Source of the DNA: Octopus vulgaris
Taxonomy: Eukaryota
Length of the DNA stretch: 64,000 bases
Assembly (NCBI GenBank): GCA_951406725.2
Contig: OX597821.1
Coordinates: 66,154,001-66,218,000 of the forward strand
Direction: 5' to 3'
Of this stretch, positions 23,644 through 37,260 are shown piece after piece; position 1 is the stretch's first letter; the number at the start of each line of letters is the position of its first letter. The notes beneath the pieces are model-generated. The model was given only the letters and a program-made list of their open reading frames with translations. It was not told the DNA's origin and did not search any database. The translations under genes and the position numbers were made by a program.

Positions 23644-24222
23644 TACATACAAACGAGGGGCTTCCACAGTCCTCCTCTAGCGAATTCATTCATAAAAAAT
23701 TGGTCGATCCAGGGCTACAGCAGACGACACTCGTTCAAGGTGCCACGCGGTGGGATTGAACCAAAAGCCACATGGCTGCAGAGCAAGCTTGTTAACCACA
23801 TGCACATACACACACGTGTCTGTATGTGTGTGCATGTGTGTGTGTGTGGGGGGGTGAGTTGGGTTAGGGCTGTCTCGTGGGAAGGGAAAAGAGTATTTTT
23901 GGTTGTTGTTTTTTTTAACCGTTTTTATATTTTCTAATATTTTTGCGTTTCGAATAACGGAAATTACAATTTCGTAAAAAACAAAGAGACAATATTTATT
24001 TCTTTATTTTATTTATTTATCTTTTTATTTTGACATTTCTGCTTTTGAAATCCGTTGCGTCTCCATTTTCATTCCCGTGGGGTACGACTATTTGTAATGT
24101 CTGCCTATACATACATATACATGTACGTACGTACATATATATATATACTGCGTACATCCACATACATACATGCATACATATGCGTACGTACATGCATATA
24201 CATTACACATATATGCGTACAT

Positions 24223-24640
24223 AGAATGGCTCCGTGGTAAGTAGCTTGCTAACGAACCACATGGTTCCGGGTTCAGTCCCACTGCGTGGCACCTTGGGTA
24301 AGTGTCTTCTACTATAGCCTCGGGCCGACCAAAGCCTTGTGAGTGGATTTCATAGACGGAAACTGAAATAAGTCCGTCGTATATATGTATATGTGTGTGT
24401 GTATGTGTGTGTGTGTGTGTGTGTGAGTGTGTATGTTTGTGTCTGTATTTGTCCCCACCACCAACATCGCTTGACAACCGATGCTGGTATGTTTACGTCC
24501 CCGTTACTTAGCGGTTCGGCAAGAGAACGATAGAATAAGTACTAGGCTTACAAAGAATAAGTCCTGGGGTCGATTTGGTCGACTAATGGTGGTGCTCTAG
24601 CATGGCCACAGTCAAATGACTTAAACAAGTAAAAGAGTAA
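24223..24640 (+). mobile_element. SINE family A, full-length
   Basis: Colinear with 3607-4051. Confidence 0.9.
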
Positions 24641-24801
24641 TACGCACGCACACACACACACACATACATACATGTATACATACATGTATACACGTATATA
24701 TACACGTACATACATATATGCATAAACACACATAAACATATACATTATATACATACAAATATATACATATATACAAATTACATTATATACGTAAATATAA
24801 T

Positions 24802-24987
24802 TCCTTTTACTTGTTTCAGTCATTTGACTGCGGCCATGCTGGAACACCGCCTTTAGTCAAACAAATCTACCCCAGGACTTATTCTTTGCAAGCCTTTTAC
24901 TTATTCTATCGGTTCTTTTGCTGAACCGCTAAGTAATGGGGGCGTAAACAAACCAACATCAGTTGTCAAGCGATGGTACACAACTAT

Positions 24988-25018
<31 letters not shown>

Positions 25019-25162
25019 TACGACAGGCTTCTTTCTGTTTCCGTCTACCAAATCCACTCACAACGTTTTGGTCGGTCTGAGGCTATAGAACCCAAGGTAC
25101 CACGCAGTGGGACTGAACCCGGAACCATGTGGTTGGAAAACAAGCTTCTTACCACACAGCCA
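24802..25162 (-). mobile_element. SINE family A, near full-length, inverted relative to 24223-24640
   Basis: Reverse complement colinear with family A. Confidence 0.88.
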
Positions 25163-26344
25163 TTAACATGAATGCATACACAAACATATACATATGTGTG
25201 TGTGTATGCATGTACGTGTGTGTGTGTGTGTGTTTTGTGAGCGTGCATTCGTATATAATATATTGCACGTATGTATGTATATTCATACACATTCACTTTA
25301 AGAACCTTTTGCTTGGAATAGAAACCAGGAGACGGAACCCCTTCATTTGACATTTTCCCTCCTGAAACCCCCCCCACCCACCTAACCCTCCTCCACCACC
25401 ACCGCCGCCGCCGCCGCACCAACCGCCGTCCTCCTTTCTATTCCCTCATTAAACATGTCTGCTAGTGTATGTGTACGTACGTCGGTCGGCAGCACGCGTG
25501 CGTAAAAGCGTGGGACGGTTGTCAGACAGACAAAACTTTATTTTTTTTTTTTTTCTTTCGTTCGTTTATTATTTATTATTATATTATATATACACCACGG
25601 CATTCCCACCGCCTCCTTCTTCTTCCCCCGCTGTCCCCTATTATTCCATCAACATTGCCAGACGGAGACTTAGCCTCGTTGTAGGCATTCTATCATTTCA
25701 TCGATTAATGGTGAGCGATCGATAGTCCAAGAATGAATTCACGAAATAAGAAAAAAAAAAAAAAGAAAAAAACCAGCGACAACAACAACAAAGGCAGTCT
25801 GCAAGAAACACGTGAGCACGCACTTACACATATATTTACACGCGAGGCGCGTGCACATACCGCAACGCACGCGCAAGCACTTACCGAAAAACACACACAC
25901 ACAATGTATATATATATATATATATATATACATACACACACGCACGCAGATACAAATATATTGATGATTTTAGGACTTATACGTTTCGATAATAATAACC
26001 GGTTGATAACGTTAAGAGTAGGATATAGCGATATTCAGTGCGTATTTGGGTTCCAGTAATTTTGATAATTATAACAGATTCAAATGGTCTGTGATAATAA
26101 TAGGCTGCTTCCGCTGTGTGTATAGCATGCATAAAAAGCAAACACGTGTGTGGATGTGTGTGTTTAACACACACACGCACACGAACGTATACACACACAC
26201 GTATGTATGTATACATGTATATGTATACTCAAACACATGTACGGATATAAACATACACATTATATGTGTATTATACATGTGTATATATATATATACATAC
26301 TAAATGCATATACATACACACACGCACATATATACACACGTTTG

Positions 26345-26386
<42 letters not shown>

Positions 26387-27494
26387 TATAATATATGTAT
26401 ATATATATATATATATATACATACATATATATATACAATCGTGCGTGTGCGTATGTATATGCATTTAGTATATATCTATATATATTTAAATATATATACA
26501 TACATGTATAATACACACATATATGTGTTTGAGTATACATATATATACGCACACACATACATACAGAAACATATACGTGTGTGTGTGTGTGTATGTACAT
26601 TGATACAAATACATAAATACACACAATGTGTAACACTCGAACTAAATTCCAACAAATATATACATATATACACACACATCTCCTAAAGAGCAAAAATGTG
26701 GCAGATTTGCGGTATGACATATCAGCCAGCGTAGGGTAGGGCATTGTATGTATGCACGTTGATAGTTACGTACGTAGAAAGCGTCAGCCTAGCAAAGGGT
26801 TGGTGTGTCAACAGACACAAAAACGTGTTACCATTATATCACCAGAAATTATTACGAACTACGCGAAGATATCGAAAACGATATTCATGTCTTGTAGGTA
26901 ACATAACACCGTGCACTATACGAGTGTGTATACGTGCGAGCGTATAGCTTGTATGTTTATTCTGAGCTTTGCGATGCAAGGCGCATGTTATCTTGTAAAC
27001 TACAAATTATATTTAATGTAGCATGAGGTAAAATATGCAAATAAATACATGATAGAATTTAATGTTGGTTTCGGATTTTTGGTAGAAGACCAGTAATTTT
27101 GGGGAGGCGACGTGTAAGTGGGTTACATCTACCCTGAAATGATAAAAAGCAAAGTCGACCTTGGTGAAATTGAACTCGGTATATAAAGACGGGCGACATT
27201 GCCACGAAGCATTTTGACCGGCGAGCTGACTGAAAGTGATATTACTGATTTCAATTTTTGGCACAAGGCTAGCATTTTCAGCGGAGGGAATAGGTCGACC
27301 ACAGAGTGCTAAATGGGTACTTATTTTATCAACCCCGAAAGGATGAAAAAGCAAAGACGACCTCGATGGAATATGAAACCAGAGCTTAAGGACGAACGAA
27401 ATACCGTTAAGAATTTTAACCGACGAATTACGACGTTTCGTAAATGAACACGTCTACGTAAACAATGCGATTGAAGAGAGAAGAAAATAGGTGA

Positions 27495-27800
27495 TGGGTG
27501 AACATTTCAAGAGTTATTGCTCTTTAATCAACACCACATCCAATCCATTAGCCGTCCACAAACACATCGCTTATATACCCACCAGGTTTTACTGGCGTAA
27601 CACAATTGGATACACCACTTTATAAGCAGATTCTTGGCAACTGGTTACGTACATATTAATTGCTGGCAAGGGCACAGTATTTTGTTTTGCAACCAAAATA
27701 TGCTACCAAGTATAAAACCGGTTTACATAGATGTATTTTTGGTGTATTTACACCATTTGTCTACACCGAGAAATTATCTCCGTGACAAAATACTGTGATT
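27495..27800 (+). pseudogene. Decayed PIF/Harbinger transposase N-terminal fragment
   Basis: With frameshifts: TFQELL...TNT...PPG..LAVT..RFLATG...LSTP. This matches the Harbinger motif order F.ELL / T..R...PG.KLA.TLR(F/Y)LATG / P.T. Confidence 0.5.
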
Positions 27801-27845
27801 GGCTTTTAGACAGGGTTTGGCCATAAGTCAACCGACAGTAAATCA

Positions 27846-28220
27846 TCTCTCTATATATAAACGGCAGTTTGTCTGTGTGTGTGTCTGTGTGGTTGTACCC
27901 TCACCCTGACCACGGCTTTCAACCGATTCTGATGAAACTTGACACACGCATAGCCCAATGTCATAATTCAAAACTAACGCAGCGAAAATTTTGAAAAGTT
28001 CCCCCAGTTCTGAAAAAAATCGATAAATTCGACATGGGGTCAAGAATCAGAAACACAAACCACAGACAGTCTAGGGGACGCAACTCGACCTTTTTAACTC
28101 TCAAAAAAAATTTACCATCATTTTTTTTCCATTTGTTTCTATTTTTTGGCTATAACTCTCTAAAAATGCTTTATAGTTATTTCCCTTACAAACCCGAGCA
28201 ACGCCGGGCGATACTGCTAG
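27846..28220 (+). mobile_element. Non-autonomous Helitron, near-identical to 17250-17632
   Basis: A|TC start; hairpin plus CTAG end at 28217-28220. Confidence 0.88.
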
Positions 28221-28470
28221 TCTATTATATAAAATCCGTTCTGTCTGTCTGTGTGTCTTCTCGGGTCTCGAGCATCCTCCATCCGATTGCGCTCAAATTT
28301 GATATGTAGATACCGACGGTATCAGGGCGTGTATAAGTTTTGAAAAAAATTGCAAAAATCGATTCCAGGTGAGAATGCGATCGATAAAGCCGTGGGAAAT
28401 CGTTTTTCTTTGGAATAGAAAAACAGTCTATCTTTATTTCTTCTTTTGCTGGTGTCTCAAATTTAGGTTA
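28221..28470 (+). mobile_element. 5' part of a second Helitron family
   Basis: Begins TCTATTATATAAAA followed by (TCTG)n and ccgattgcgctcaaattt, the same architecture as the upstream Helitron. 3' end not found. Confidence 0.6.
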
Positions 28471-28473
28471 AAT

Positions 28474-28533
28474 CAGTGTTTCTCAAAGGGGAGGCCTATG
28501 GGACGGTCGGACAAGTCGTTTTGAGAAAATTTG
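28474..28533. mobile_element. 60-bp hAT-type micro-MITE
   Basis: CAGTGTTTCTCAAA ... TTTGAGAAAATTTG with 8-bp flanks ggttaaat / gtttaaat. Confidence 0.5.
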
Positions 28534-28946
28534 GTTTAAATGTTTGATAACTCAGCACCGTCCATTGGACGGGGGGGGGGGCGTTTTGCTTGTAATTCCA
28601 TAAATACAATCTGTAATTCTGTATTGAATCAATTGGAAAAATGTGTCGCCCAAGAAGGACTTCAGTTTGAACAATTTTCATGATGTTTCGTATTTAGATG
28701 CTTTATATTAAATTCATTCCGTTGTTAAACATAAATAAATCTTGGAATTAAATAGTTTTGATTTACTGTCAGGTAACTTTTGGCCAACTGTGTACAGGTT
28801 CGAATATGTCCCAAGAGTATTTGAATTTTTAATAACCTTGTATAGATGTATTTGTTTCCGAAACGTCCAAATTTGCAGTGTTGGTTATAAATTATGTAGG
28901 AAATCTATTGAAATAAGCCTAAAAGTGAAAAAATATGAATATATAT

Positions 28947-29170
28947 ATGCGTGGAGATGTTAAAAAGTTTCTAGCTTTAAGGGTAGCACGAAAGGCCTGG
29001 TTGGAGGCACAACTTTTCGAGTTCTTTTACAAGGGTTTAGAAAAACTGAAGGGCTTCTGCAATAAGTGTGTGAATCTGAGAGGGGAATATGTTGAATGAA
29101 AATAATAATTAACTGATCCTCCTGTATTTTCTTTTACCGAATACCAGCACTTTTCAGCACCTTCTTCATA
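28947..29170 (+). mobile_element. Mariner internal-deletion derivative
   Basis: Encodes AWLEAQLFEFFYKGLEKLKGFCNKCVNLRGEYVE* (mariner transposase C-terminus) between degenerate TIRs; second copy at 44317-44531. Confidence 0.85.
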
Positions 29171-29195
29171 TATAACTAACAATTGAAGGACAGGA

Positions 29196-29418
29196 TTCAA
29201 CCAGTTCTATATTTAAGAGATGAGGAATTATTTACATTATTTACATTTGACGGATATTTATCCTCATCTTGTTTCTTGTTAACACAACATTTCGGCTGAT
29301 ATACCCTCCAGCCTTCATCAGGTGTATTGGGGAAATTCCGAACCTGGGTTCTCATTCCTAAGGTATTTTTCGATGTTGTTGTTATTATTATTATTATTAT
29401 CATTGTTATCCAGGTCAC
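29196..29418 (-). mobile_element. SINE family D, head-truncated copy
   Basis: Colinear with 13205-13372; directly adjoins a family C fragment at 29425-29651(-). Confidence 0.85.
29281..29326 (-). ncRNA. Minimal hammerhead motif (family D)
   Basis: UACAC-CUGAUGA-A-GGCUG(GAGGGUAUAU)CAGCC-GAAA-UG-UU-GUGUU. Confidence 0.72.
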
Positions 29419-29999
29419 CTTAAGGTGACAAGGCTGGCCCTATGAAATACAGGTACAACAGAAACAGGAAGAAAGCGAGCAAGTTGTGGTGAAAGAGTAG
29501 AGCAGGGTTCGCCACCACCCACTACCGGAACCTCGCGGAGCTTTAGATGTTTTTGCTCAATAAACACTCACAACGACCGGTCTGGGAATCGAAACCGCGA
29601 TCCTACGACCGAGAGTCCGCTGCCCTAACGACTGGGCCATTGCGCCTCCACTACATCAAAATATAGGCAACGAATATTCTTAGAACATATATTGTATATA
29701 TTACGTATATTGTGTTACAAATGAAGAGGTTGCGTTCCAGCTAAGTCGAGACTAAATACTTCTCCCGAGGACAAAATAGAAGCATTTCCTGAACCAAAAT
29801 TTTGTCTCATCTTTACACAGATTTATCAGCAAGCATTTGAGAAGCATATATAACACGAGAGCCTTCGTCTTATAAAGTAATGCAGTTTGTAAGATATCCA
29901 ACCCCAAGGGGTTTCATCTTCGTGAGCACAGAAGTACAAAAAGTAAATGCGGTCAGAGCATATAAGGCATTGAACATATTATATACATATATGCATGCA

Positions 30000-30051
<52 letters not shown>

Positions 30052-30099
30052 TTCATATATATGTGCACACACAAATGCATATATAACTACATATACATA

Positions 30100-30900
30100 T
30101 ATAAAAATATATATACACATATATACATACATATGCGTACATTTATACATATATAGATATACATATGTGCACATTTATACATATATAGATATACATATAT
30201 ATACATACATATGTGCACATTTATACATATATAGATATACATATATACATACATATGTGCACATTTAGACATATATAGATATACATATATATGCGCACAT
30301 TTATACATATATATACATATATACATACATATGCGTACATTTATACATATATACATATATACATACATATGCGCACATTTATACATATACATATATACAT
30401 ACATATGCGTACATTTATACATATATATACATACATATGCGTACATTTATACATATATATACATATATACATACATATGCGTACATTTATACATATATAT
30501 ATACATATATACATACATATGCGTACATTTATACATATATATACATATATACATACATATGCGTACATTTATACATATATATACATATATACATACATAT
30601 GCGTACATTTATACATATATATACATATATACATACATATGCGTACATTTATACATATATATACATATATACATACATATGCGTACATTTATACATATAT
30701 ATATATATACATATTTTTACATTTATACATATATATACATATATACATACATATGCGTACATTTATACATATATATACATATACATACATATGCGTACAT
30801 TTATACATATATATACATATACATACATATGCGTACATTTATACATATATATATATATATATACATACATATGCGTACATTTATACATATATATATAAAC
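30100..30900. repeat. ~40-bp minisatellite built from TA/CA microsatellite
   Basis: Unit ACATACATATGCGTACATTTATACATATATATACATATAT, roughly 20 variable copies. Confidence 0.95.
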
Positions 30901-30927
30901 ATGCATATTTGCATATATATACCCCCT

Positions 30928-30985
<58 letters not shown>

Positions 30986-31153
30986 CACACACATACATAT
31001 ACACTTCTCACACACACACATACGTACATATACCGGGGTTAAACTTCTCAGAGGAACGTGTTTAGGTCACTTACAATACAGATTTCATAAATAATGGAGC
31101 TGAATGCAAATATGTATGCATATTTGCTTATCTACGTGTACATCTGTGCGTGA

Positions 31154-31201
<48 letters not shown>

Positions 31202-31587
31202 CTGAATGTACATGTAAATATGAACACAGCTAGTATATGAAAATAGCGTGAGTAAAAAAAAAAAAAAACACCAAGAATATACAATAATATTAATAATAGA
31301 AATAGATCAGAGAAAAAGAAAGGGGTTCGCAGATAGTAAAATACATTGTTATATTCTGGAGGAACAATAATAAGGCTTGCAAAAAAAAAAAGAAAATTTT
31401 CCGCTGACCCAATTTTGGGTTTCGTCCAATATATGAGCATTATCTTTTGATTTCCACACGTCGAATGGTCGCCGGGAAAATTTACGAGGTTTTCTTTTTT
31501 TTTTTTTTCTTTCCTGCCTATTTATAAATATGTTCCAATCAATATGAACAAATGTAGCTTGATATCTTTTTACCTATCTGGCAATTT

Positions 31588-31618
<31 letters not shown>

Positions 31619-31952
31619 CGTCTCTTTGTTTTACGTTCTATATTTTTATCTGCTTCAATTCTGCTTCGAATATGATGATGTCGTCTTACGTAGCGTGATG
31701 AAGTAGTTGGGTCGCTAATAAATAGTACATCTATTCATGATTGTTTGTTTGTTTGCTTGCTTGTAGGCCCGTTCGTGTTTGATTTGTTTGTTTGTTTGTG
31801 TATCTATCTATCTATCTATCTATCTGTATGTGCGTTCGCTTTCTCTCCCATTTCTGCAGTTTTATTCTTGTCATATCTCTTCATCCGTTCATTTTTGTGG
31901 TACTAAAGCAATTATTATCTTCATCTTTTCGGAGTCGATACAATAAAATACC

Positions 31953-32365
31953 TATTTCTTTATTACCCACAAGGGGCTAAACACAGAGGGGACAAACAAG
32001 GACAGACATAGGTATTAAGTCGATTACATCGACCCCAGTGCGTAACTGGTACTTAATTTATCGACCCCGAAAGGGTGAAAGGCAAAGTCGACCTCGGCGG
32101 AATTTGAACTCACAACGTAACGCAGACGAAATACCTATTTCTTTATTACCCACAAGGGGCTGAACATAGAGGGGACAAACAAGGACAGACATAGGTATTA
32201 AGTCGATTACATCGACCCCAGTGCGTAACTGGTACTTAATTTATCGACCCCGAAAGGATGAAAGGCAAAGTCGACCTAGGCGGAATTTGAACTCACAACG
32301 TAACGGCAGACGAAATACCGCTAAGCATTTCGCCCGGCGTGCTAACGTGTCTGCCAGCTCGCCGC
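31953..32365 (-). mobile_element. SINE family B tandem dimer with 12-bp TSD
   Basis: A full copy plus a ~185-bp 3' repeat; CAATAAAATACC at 31941-31952 and 32366-32377. Confidence 0.9.
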
Positions 32366-32847
32366 AATAAAATACCAGCTGAGTACTGGAGTTGGTGTTA
32401 TCGACTTACTGCCTTGCCACAAAATTGCTGGCCTGGTTCTAAAAATAAAAATTACTACTACTACTACTACTACTACTATTATTATTATTGCGGGCAGAAT
32501 CGTTACCTTACCGTACAAAATGGTTAGAGGCATTTCGCGTCTTTACGTTCTGAGTTCAAATTCCGCCAAGGTCGGTTTTACTTTTTAGTCTTTCGGGGTC
32601 AATGAAATAAGTATCAGTCGAGTCAATGTAATCGACAAGTCCTCCATCCATAAAATTTCACGCCTTGTTGTTGTTGCTGTTGTTAGTAGCAGTAGTAGAG
32701 TTTCTTGTCCTATTTGTATTACAATTCGTTGGCTTCAAAAATTGAATGATATTCTTTGAGCGAGTGCACGTGTCTGTATCGGAATTGCATAGGAACATTA
32801 CAAAGATTTTATTTTAATTCTTTCATCTAGTTTAGAAGACAAAGAGA

Positions 32848-32913
<66 letters not shown>

Positions 32914-33199
32914 CTTTCCAAAACACTTCGAAAGTAATTTTTGTCCGACTTTCTTACTTTCGTTACTGAATGTCGACAAGTATTAGAGGCAACGCAACCT
33001 CAAACAAAATCTTAGACAACAGCATCGAAAACGAACGAAAAGCGAACATGTATAGTTTGCATCAAGACACATGGAAACTAAATATAAAAAAAAGAAACGA
33101 CATTCCTGTTAGTAATGAAAGCACTGAGAATAGTTTCAGCGACTCACCACCAAGCAACTGCATCATCAACAAAACATACGCAGCTCAGCAGGTATCACT

Positions 33200-33680
33200 T
33201 TTAATAAGGAAATTTAGGACATCGGCAAATCCATCACGAGAAAGAATTCTGGCAGTAGAGTGTTACAGAGGGTTCTACCACCTTGCCCGAGTAATTTGTT
33301 GGTGAGAGGGCAAGTATATTTTTGTGAGTTTTTCTTTATACCAACAAGATGTCTTGGTCGGTGTATGGAAGAATGTAGTTTCGATAGACCGAGGCACGGT
33401 ATACAGTAATGCCTGGCTGGTCTTCGAGACCGATGGCAAGGCAAAACATCAGATAATGATAATGCGAGACAGACACATAAAGGCTTAGATAGCAGGGCAT
33501 GAGCCAACAGAGGGATAATAGTCAGCAGAAAGGCAACGACATTAACCTCTGACCCGTCGTTATTTTCGTAACGCAATCTGAGCAGTTGATAAATGTAGAA
33601 ATGGCGATAAATAGCATGTGATCGAGAGGGAGCAGCATGGATTTGCAAATCTTTATGATCCCTTGAAACCAAAGAGATAC
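33200..33680 (-). mobile_element. Highly decayed CR1/Jockey-like LINE 3' region
   Basis: The ORF ends RTLCNTLLPEFFLVMDLPMS, resembling the RT..WN.LP..F...DL..FK C-terminal motif; weak. Confidence 0.35.
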
Positions 33681-34851
33681 ACTGGAGCTGTCAGTACGTT
33701 TGATTGCTATATAAGGAAAACAATCTAATATTTCGGATATAGATCCTTAAACGGGAGGGTCCAGTAAATATCCAAAGAAAGGGGAAAAAATGAATGAAGG
33801 GATTAAAAAGCAGTGACTGAAGATGAACGTAGGCAGGGGTGTCACAAATTATGAGATATATATGTATATAGGGAGTAGAAGGTGGAAATATGCACCAGCG
33901 ACTACACCTATAGCGAAAAGAAAATCTAAATGAATTTCTAATTACTTATCAATAAAGCCTAACATTTTGAAAACTACACAGCAATGCGTGTTCGTTTCCA
34001 GGTCAAGGCAGTATATGTTGCTGCTTGCCTATAATACATCACTGATCAATAGAACCTATGGTCAAAGACCTTCCCATCATGAACATCCCGCTCTTCATTC
34101 GGCCATTGCGTATGTAGCACTGCTTTATTTAACGTGTAACTTTTCAAGACAGTAAGGTGTAATTTTACGGAAATTTGGCTGTTATTTTTAACAAGCCGAC
34201 CTCCGCGTAGAAACATGTCCCTACCACCACATCGCCTTTACATTATATATTTTCAATGGAAGTGGATTGGCCGAATCGTTAGTGTGTCGGTGAAAAAATT
34301 GCCTGTGCTATTTATTTCAGTTCTTCACATCCTCATTTCAAATCCCGCTGAGACTAACTTTACCTTAGATCCATCCTTAGGTACCTGTTAGGTACTGCGA
34401 TCGATATAATCGATTACCCCTCGCACCAAATTTATAATCTTGTGTCTATACTAGAAACAATATACATATAAAACAGGTATACAACATTATTGCATACATA
34501 CATTTTCTTATCTGAATTTATTTGTATTGATAAATATCCGTACCCATAACTGTGTACCATGGCCTGATGAGACGAGGAAGCTTCTACGCGGTCATTGAAG
34601 TCGCTAGAAATAACAACCAAGTATTACTCTCAGGTAAGTGCTAGTCAATCAAATCTATAGCAGAAAATGGTCTCCACTATGATCCTTCCAAAGATTTTGT
34701 TCAGATATAATAAATCTAATATTGAAATTATTCAATGTGTTCCAATATTTTTTACGATGTTAGTGTGGAATTTAGTTGCTATTTCTAGCACATCAGGCAA
34801 TCATACAGGTGCCTCAGTTAGAGAGTGAAGGCATGAATTATATCCGTCCTC

Positions 34852-35063
34852 AGGCGGCGAGCTGGCAGAATCGTTAGCACGACGGACAAAGTGTTTAGCG
34901 GCATTCGTCTGTCTTTACGTTCCGAGTTCAAATTCTGCGGAAGCTGACTTTGTCCTTCACCCTTTAGAAGTCGGGGGCCCTGCAGTCGGCTTACTTTCCC
35001 CCTCCCGAAATTGCTGGCTTTGTGCTAAAATACGAATTTTAAAATTTTTTATTATTATTATCA

Positions 35064-35104
<41 letters not shown>

Positions 35105-35703
35105 GGCGGTGAGCTGGCAGAATCGTTAGCACGTCTGGTGAAATGCATAGCAATATTTCGTTTGCCGCTACGTTCTGAGTTCCAATTCCGCCGAGGTCGA
35201 CTTTGCCTTTCATCCTTTCGAGGTCGATGAAATAAGTTCAAGTTACATACTGGGGGTCGATGTAATCTACTATCCCCCTTCCCCACAAACTTTTCAAGAC
35301 CTTATGAAATAATTTATTGTATCGTGTCCTTTAGGTTCGGTAACAGAATAGTTAGAAAAGTCGGACAAAACCCCCTGCGATATCTTTTCCCGCTCTTTAC
35401 GTTTCGATTTCAAATCCCCTGAGATCAACATTGCCTTTCATTCTTCCAGGGTCCTTTATAATAAAGTGTCCGCACTAATATATTTTTCTTTACTGCCCAC
35501 AAGGAGCTAAACATAGAGGGGACAGACGAAGGGATTGAGTCAATTATATCGCTCCCAGTGCGAAACTGGTACTTTATTTATCGACCCCGAAAGGATGAAA
35601 GGCAAAGTTGACCTCGGCGGAATTTGAACTCAGAACGTAACGACAGACGAAATACCGCTAAGCATTTCGCCCGGCGCGCTAACGTGTCTGCCAGCTCGCC
35701 GCC
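34852..35703. mobile_element. Cluster of SINE B copies
   Basis: Plus-strand copies at about 34852, 35104 and 35340, the first two separated by (ATT)n. A young minus copy at 35483-35703 is flanked by the repeat GTCCGCACTAATATA. Confidence 0.85.
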
Positions 35704-36333
35704 ATCGTCCGCACTAATATAACTGACTAGTTCTCTCCTTACAAATTCCACAATTTGTATTTATTTAAAAATAAAAAATATTTACTCTATTGTCTGCTTC
35801 GACAAGGCATTCAGCTTTATAGTTAAAACATGATACGAAGGGAAGAACCAGACTCTCTCTTTTTTATCCTCCCTCCATCTACATACAACACACGGCTTCT
35901 CGGCAACAAACGATGTGCGTTGAAGCATATTAAATGTGTGAATTTGTGTGAGTTTGTGTGTGTATGCTAACCCATTTTTGTGTATGTATGAGTTAGTTCA
36001 TATTCAGTCAATAACTTATCAGCTGTTTTTTGTAGCTGTTGTTGTTGTTGTTGCTGCTGCTGTTCCGCCCCGTTTCGAACTTATCTAGCAAACCTGTTAT
36101 TTCCAGCACGTCGAGTATAAATTATAAATGATACAAGGTTGTTTTTTGTTGTTAGTTTCCAGGTCACTGAATATAACACCGCCCGGCTGTTTTCTGTTCG
36201 TTTTTTTTTGTTTTTTGTTTTCCAGACAGTGTATCCAAGACTACATCACTGCAAGGTCCCCTTCTTTCCTTTCCTCCCATCATCATCATGATCATCATCG
36301 TCGTCGTCGTCATCATTATTATTAAGGCAGCGA

Positions 36334-37260
36334 AAGGCGGCGAGCTGGCAGAAACGTTAGCACGCCGGACGAAATGCGTAGCCGTATTTCGTCTGCCGTT
36401 ACGTTCTGAGTTCAAATTCCGCCGAAGTCGACTTTGCCTTTCATCCTTTCGAGTTCGATAAATTAAGTACCAGTTACGCACTGGGGTCGATGTAATCGAC
36501 TTAATCCTTTTGTCTGTCCTTGTTTGTCCCCTCTATGTTTAGCCCCTTGTGGGTAATAAAGAAATAAGAAACGTTAGCATGCCGTGCGAAATGCTTCTGA
36601 GTTCAAATTCCGCCAAGGTCAACTTTGCCTTTCATCCTTTCGAGGTCGATAAATTAAGTACCAGTTGCGTACTGGGGTCGATGTAATCGACTAGTCCTCT
36701 CCCCACAAATTTCAGGCCTTATGCCTATAGTAGAAAAGATTACTAAGGCAACAAGCTGGCAGAATTATTAATACGCCGTGCAAAATACTTAGCGGTATTT
36801 CGTCCATCTTCACGCTCAGAATTCAAATTCCGCCGAAGTCGCCTTTGCTTTTCATCGTTTCAGGGTCGATAAATTAAATACCAGTTGCGCACTGGAGTCG
36901 ATGTAAATCCACTTAGTCCCGCCATCCCTGAAATTGTTGTCCGTGACCAAATTTTGAAACCATTATTAATTAAGGCTGCGAGTTGGTAGAATCATTAGCA
37001 TTTCGGGCAAACTGCTTAACGGCATTTCACCCGTCCATACGAACGTTCTGAGCTCAAATGCCGCCGAGATCGCCTTTGCCTTTCATACTTACGGGGTCGA
37101 TAAATAAAATACTAGTCAAGCATTGAGGTCGGCGTAATTGATTATCCTCCGCCCGCAAAATTACAGGTCTTGCTCCTCATAGCAGAAAGGATTATTATGA
37201 TTTATAAAAGGCGGTGGTGAGCCGACAGAATCGTTACCGCACCGGACGAAATACTTAACG
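36334..37260 (+). mobile_element. Head-to-tail array of about 5 SINE B copies
   Basis: Heads at about 36334, 36567, 36745, 36972 and 37208; ~200-230 bp period; divergent from one another. Confidence 0.88.

Noticed and set aside
34562-34602. CTGATGA-GAC...GTC hammerhead-like start
   Set aside because: No GAAA after stem II and no stem I.
36334-37260. CRISPR-like periodic array
   Set aside because: The units are whole ~220-bp SINE copies with no unique spacers or cas genes, in a eukaryotic context.
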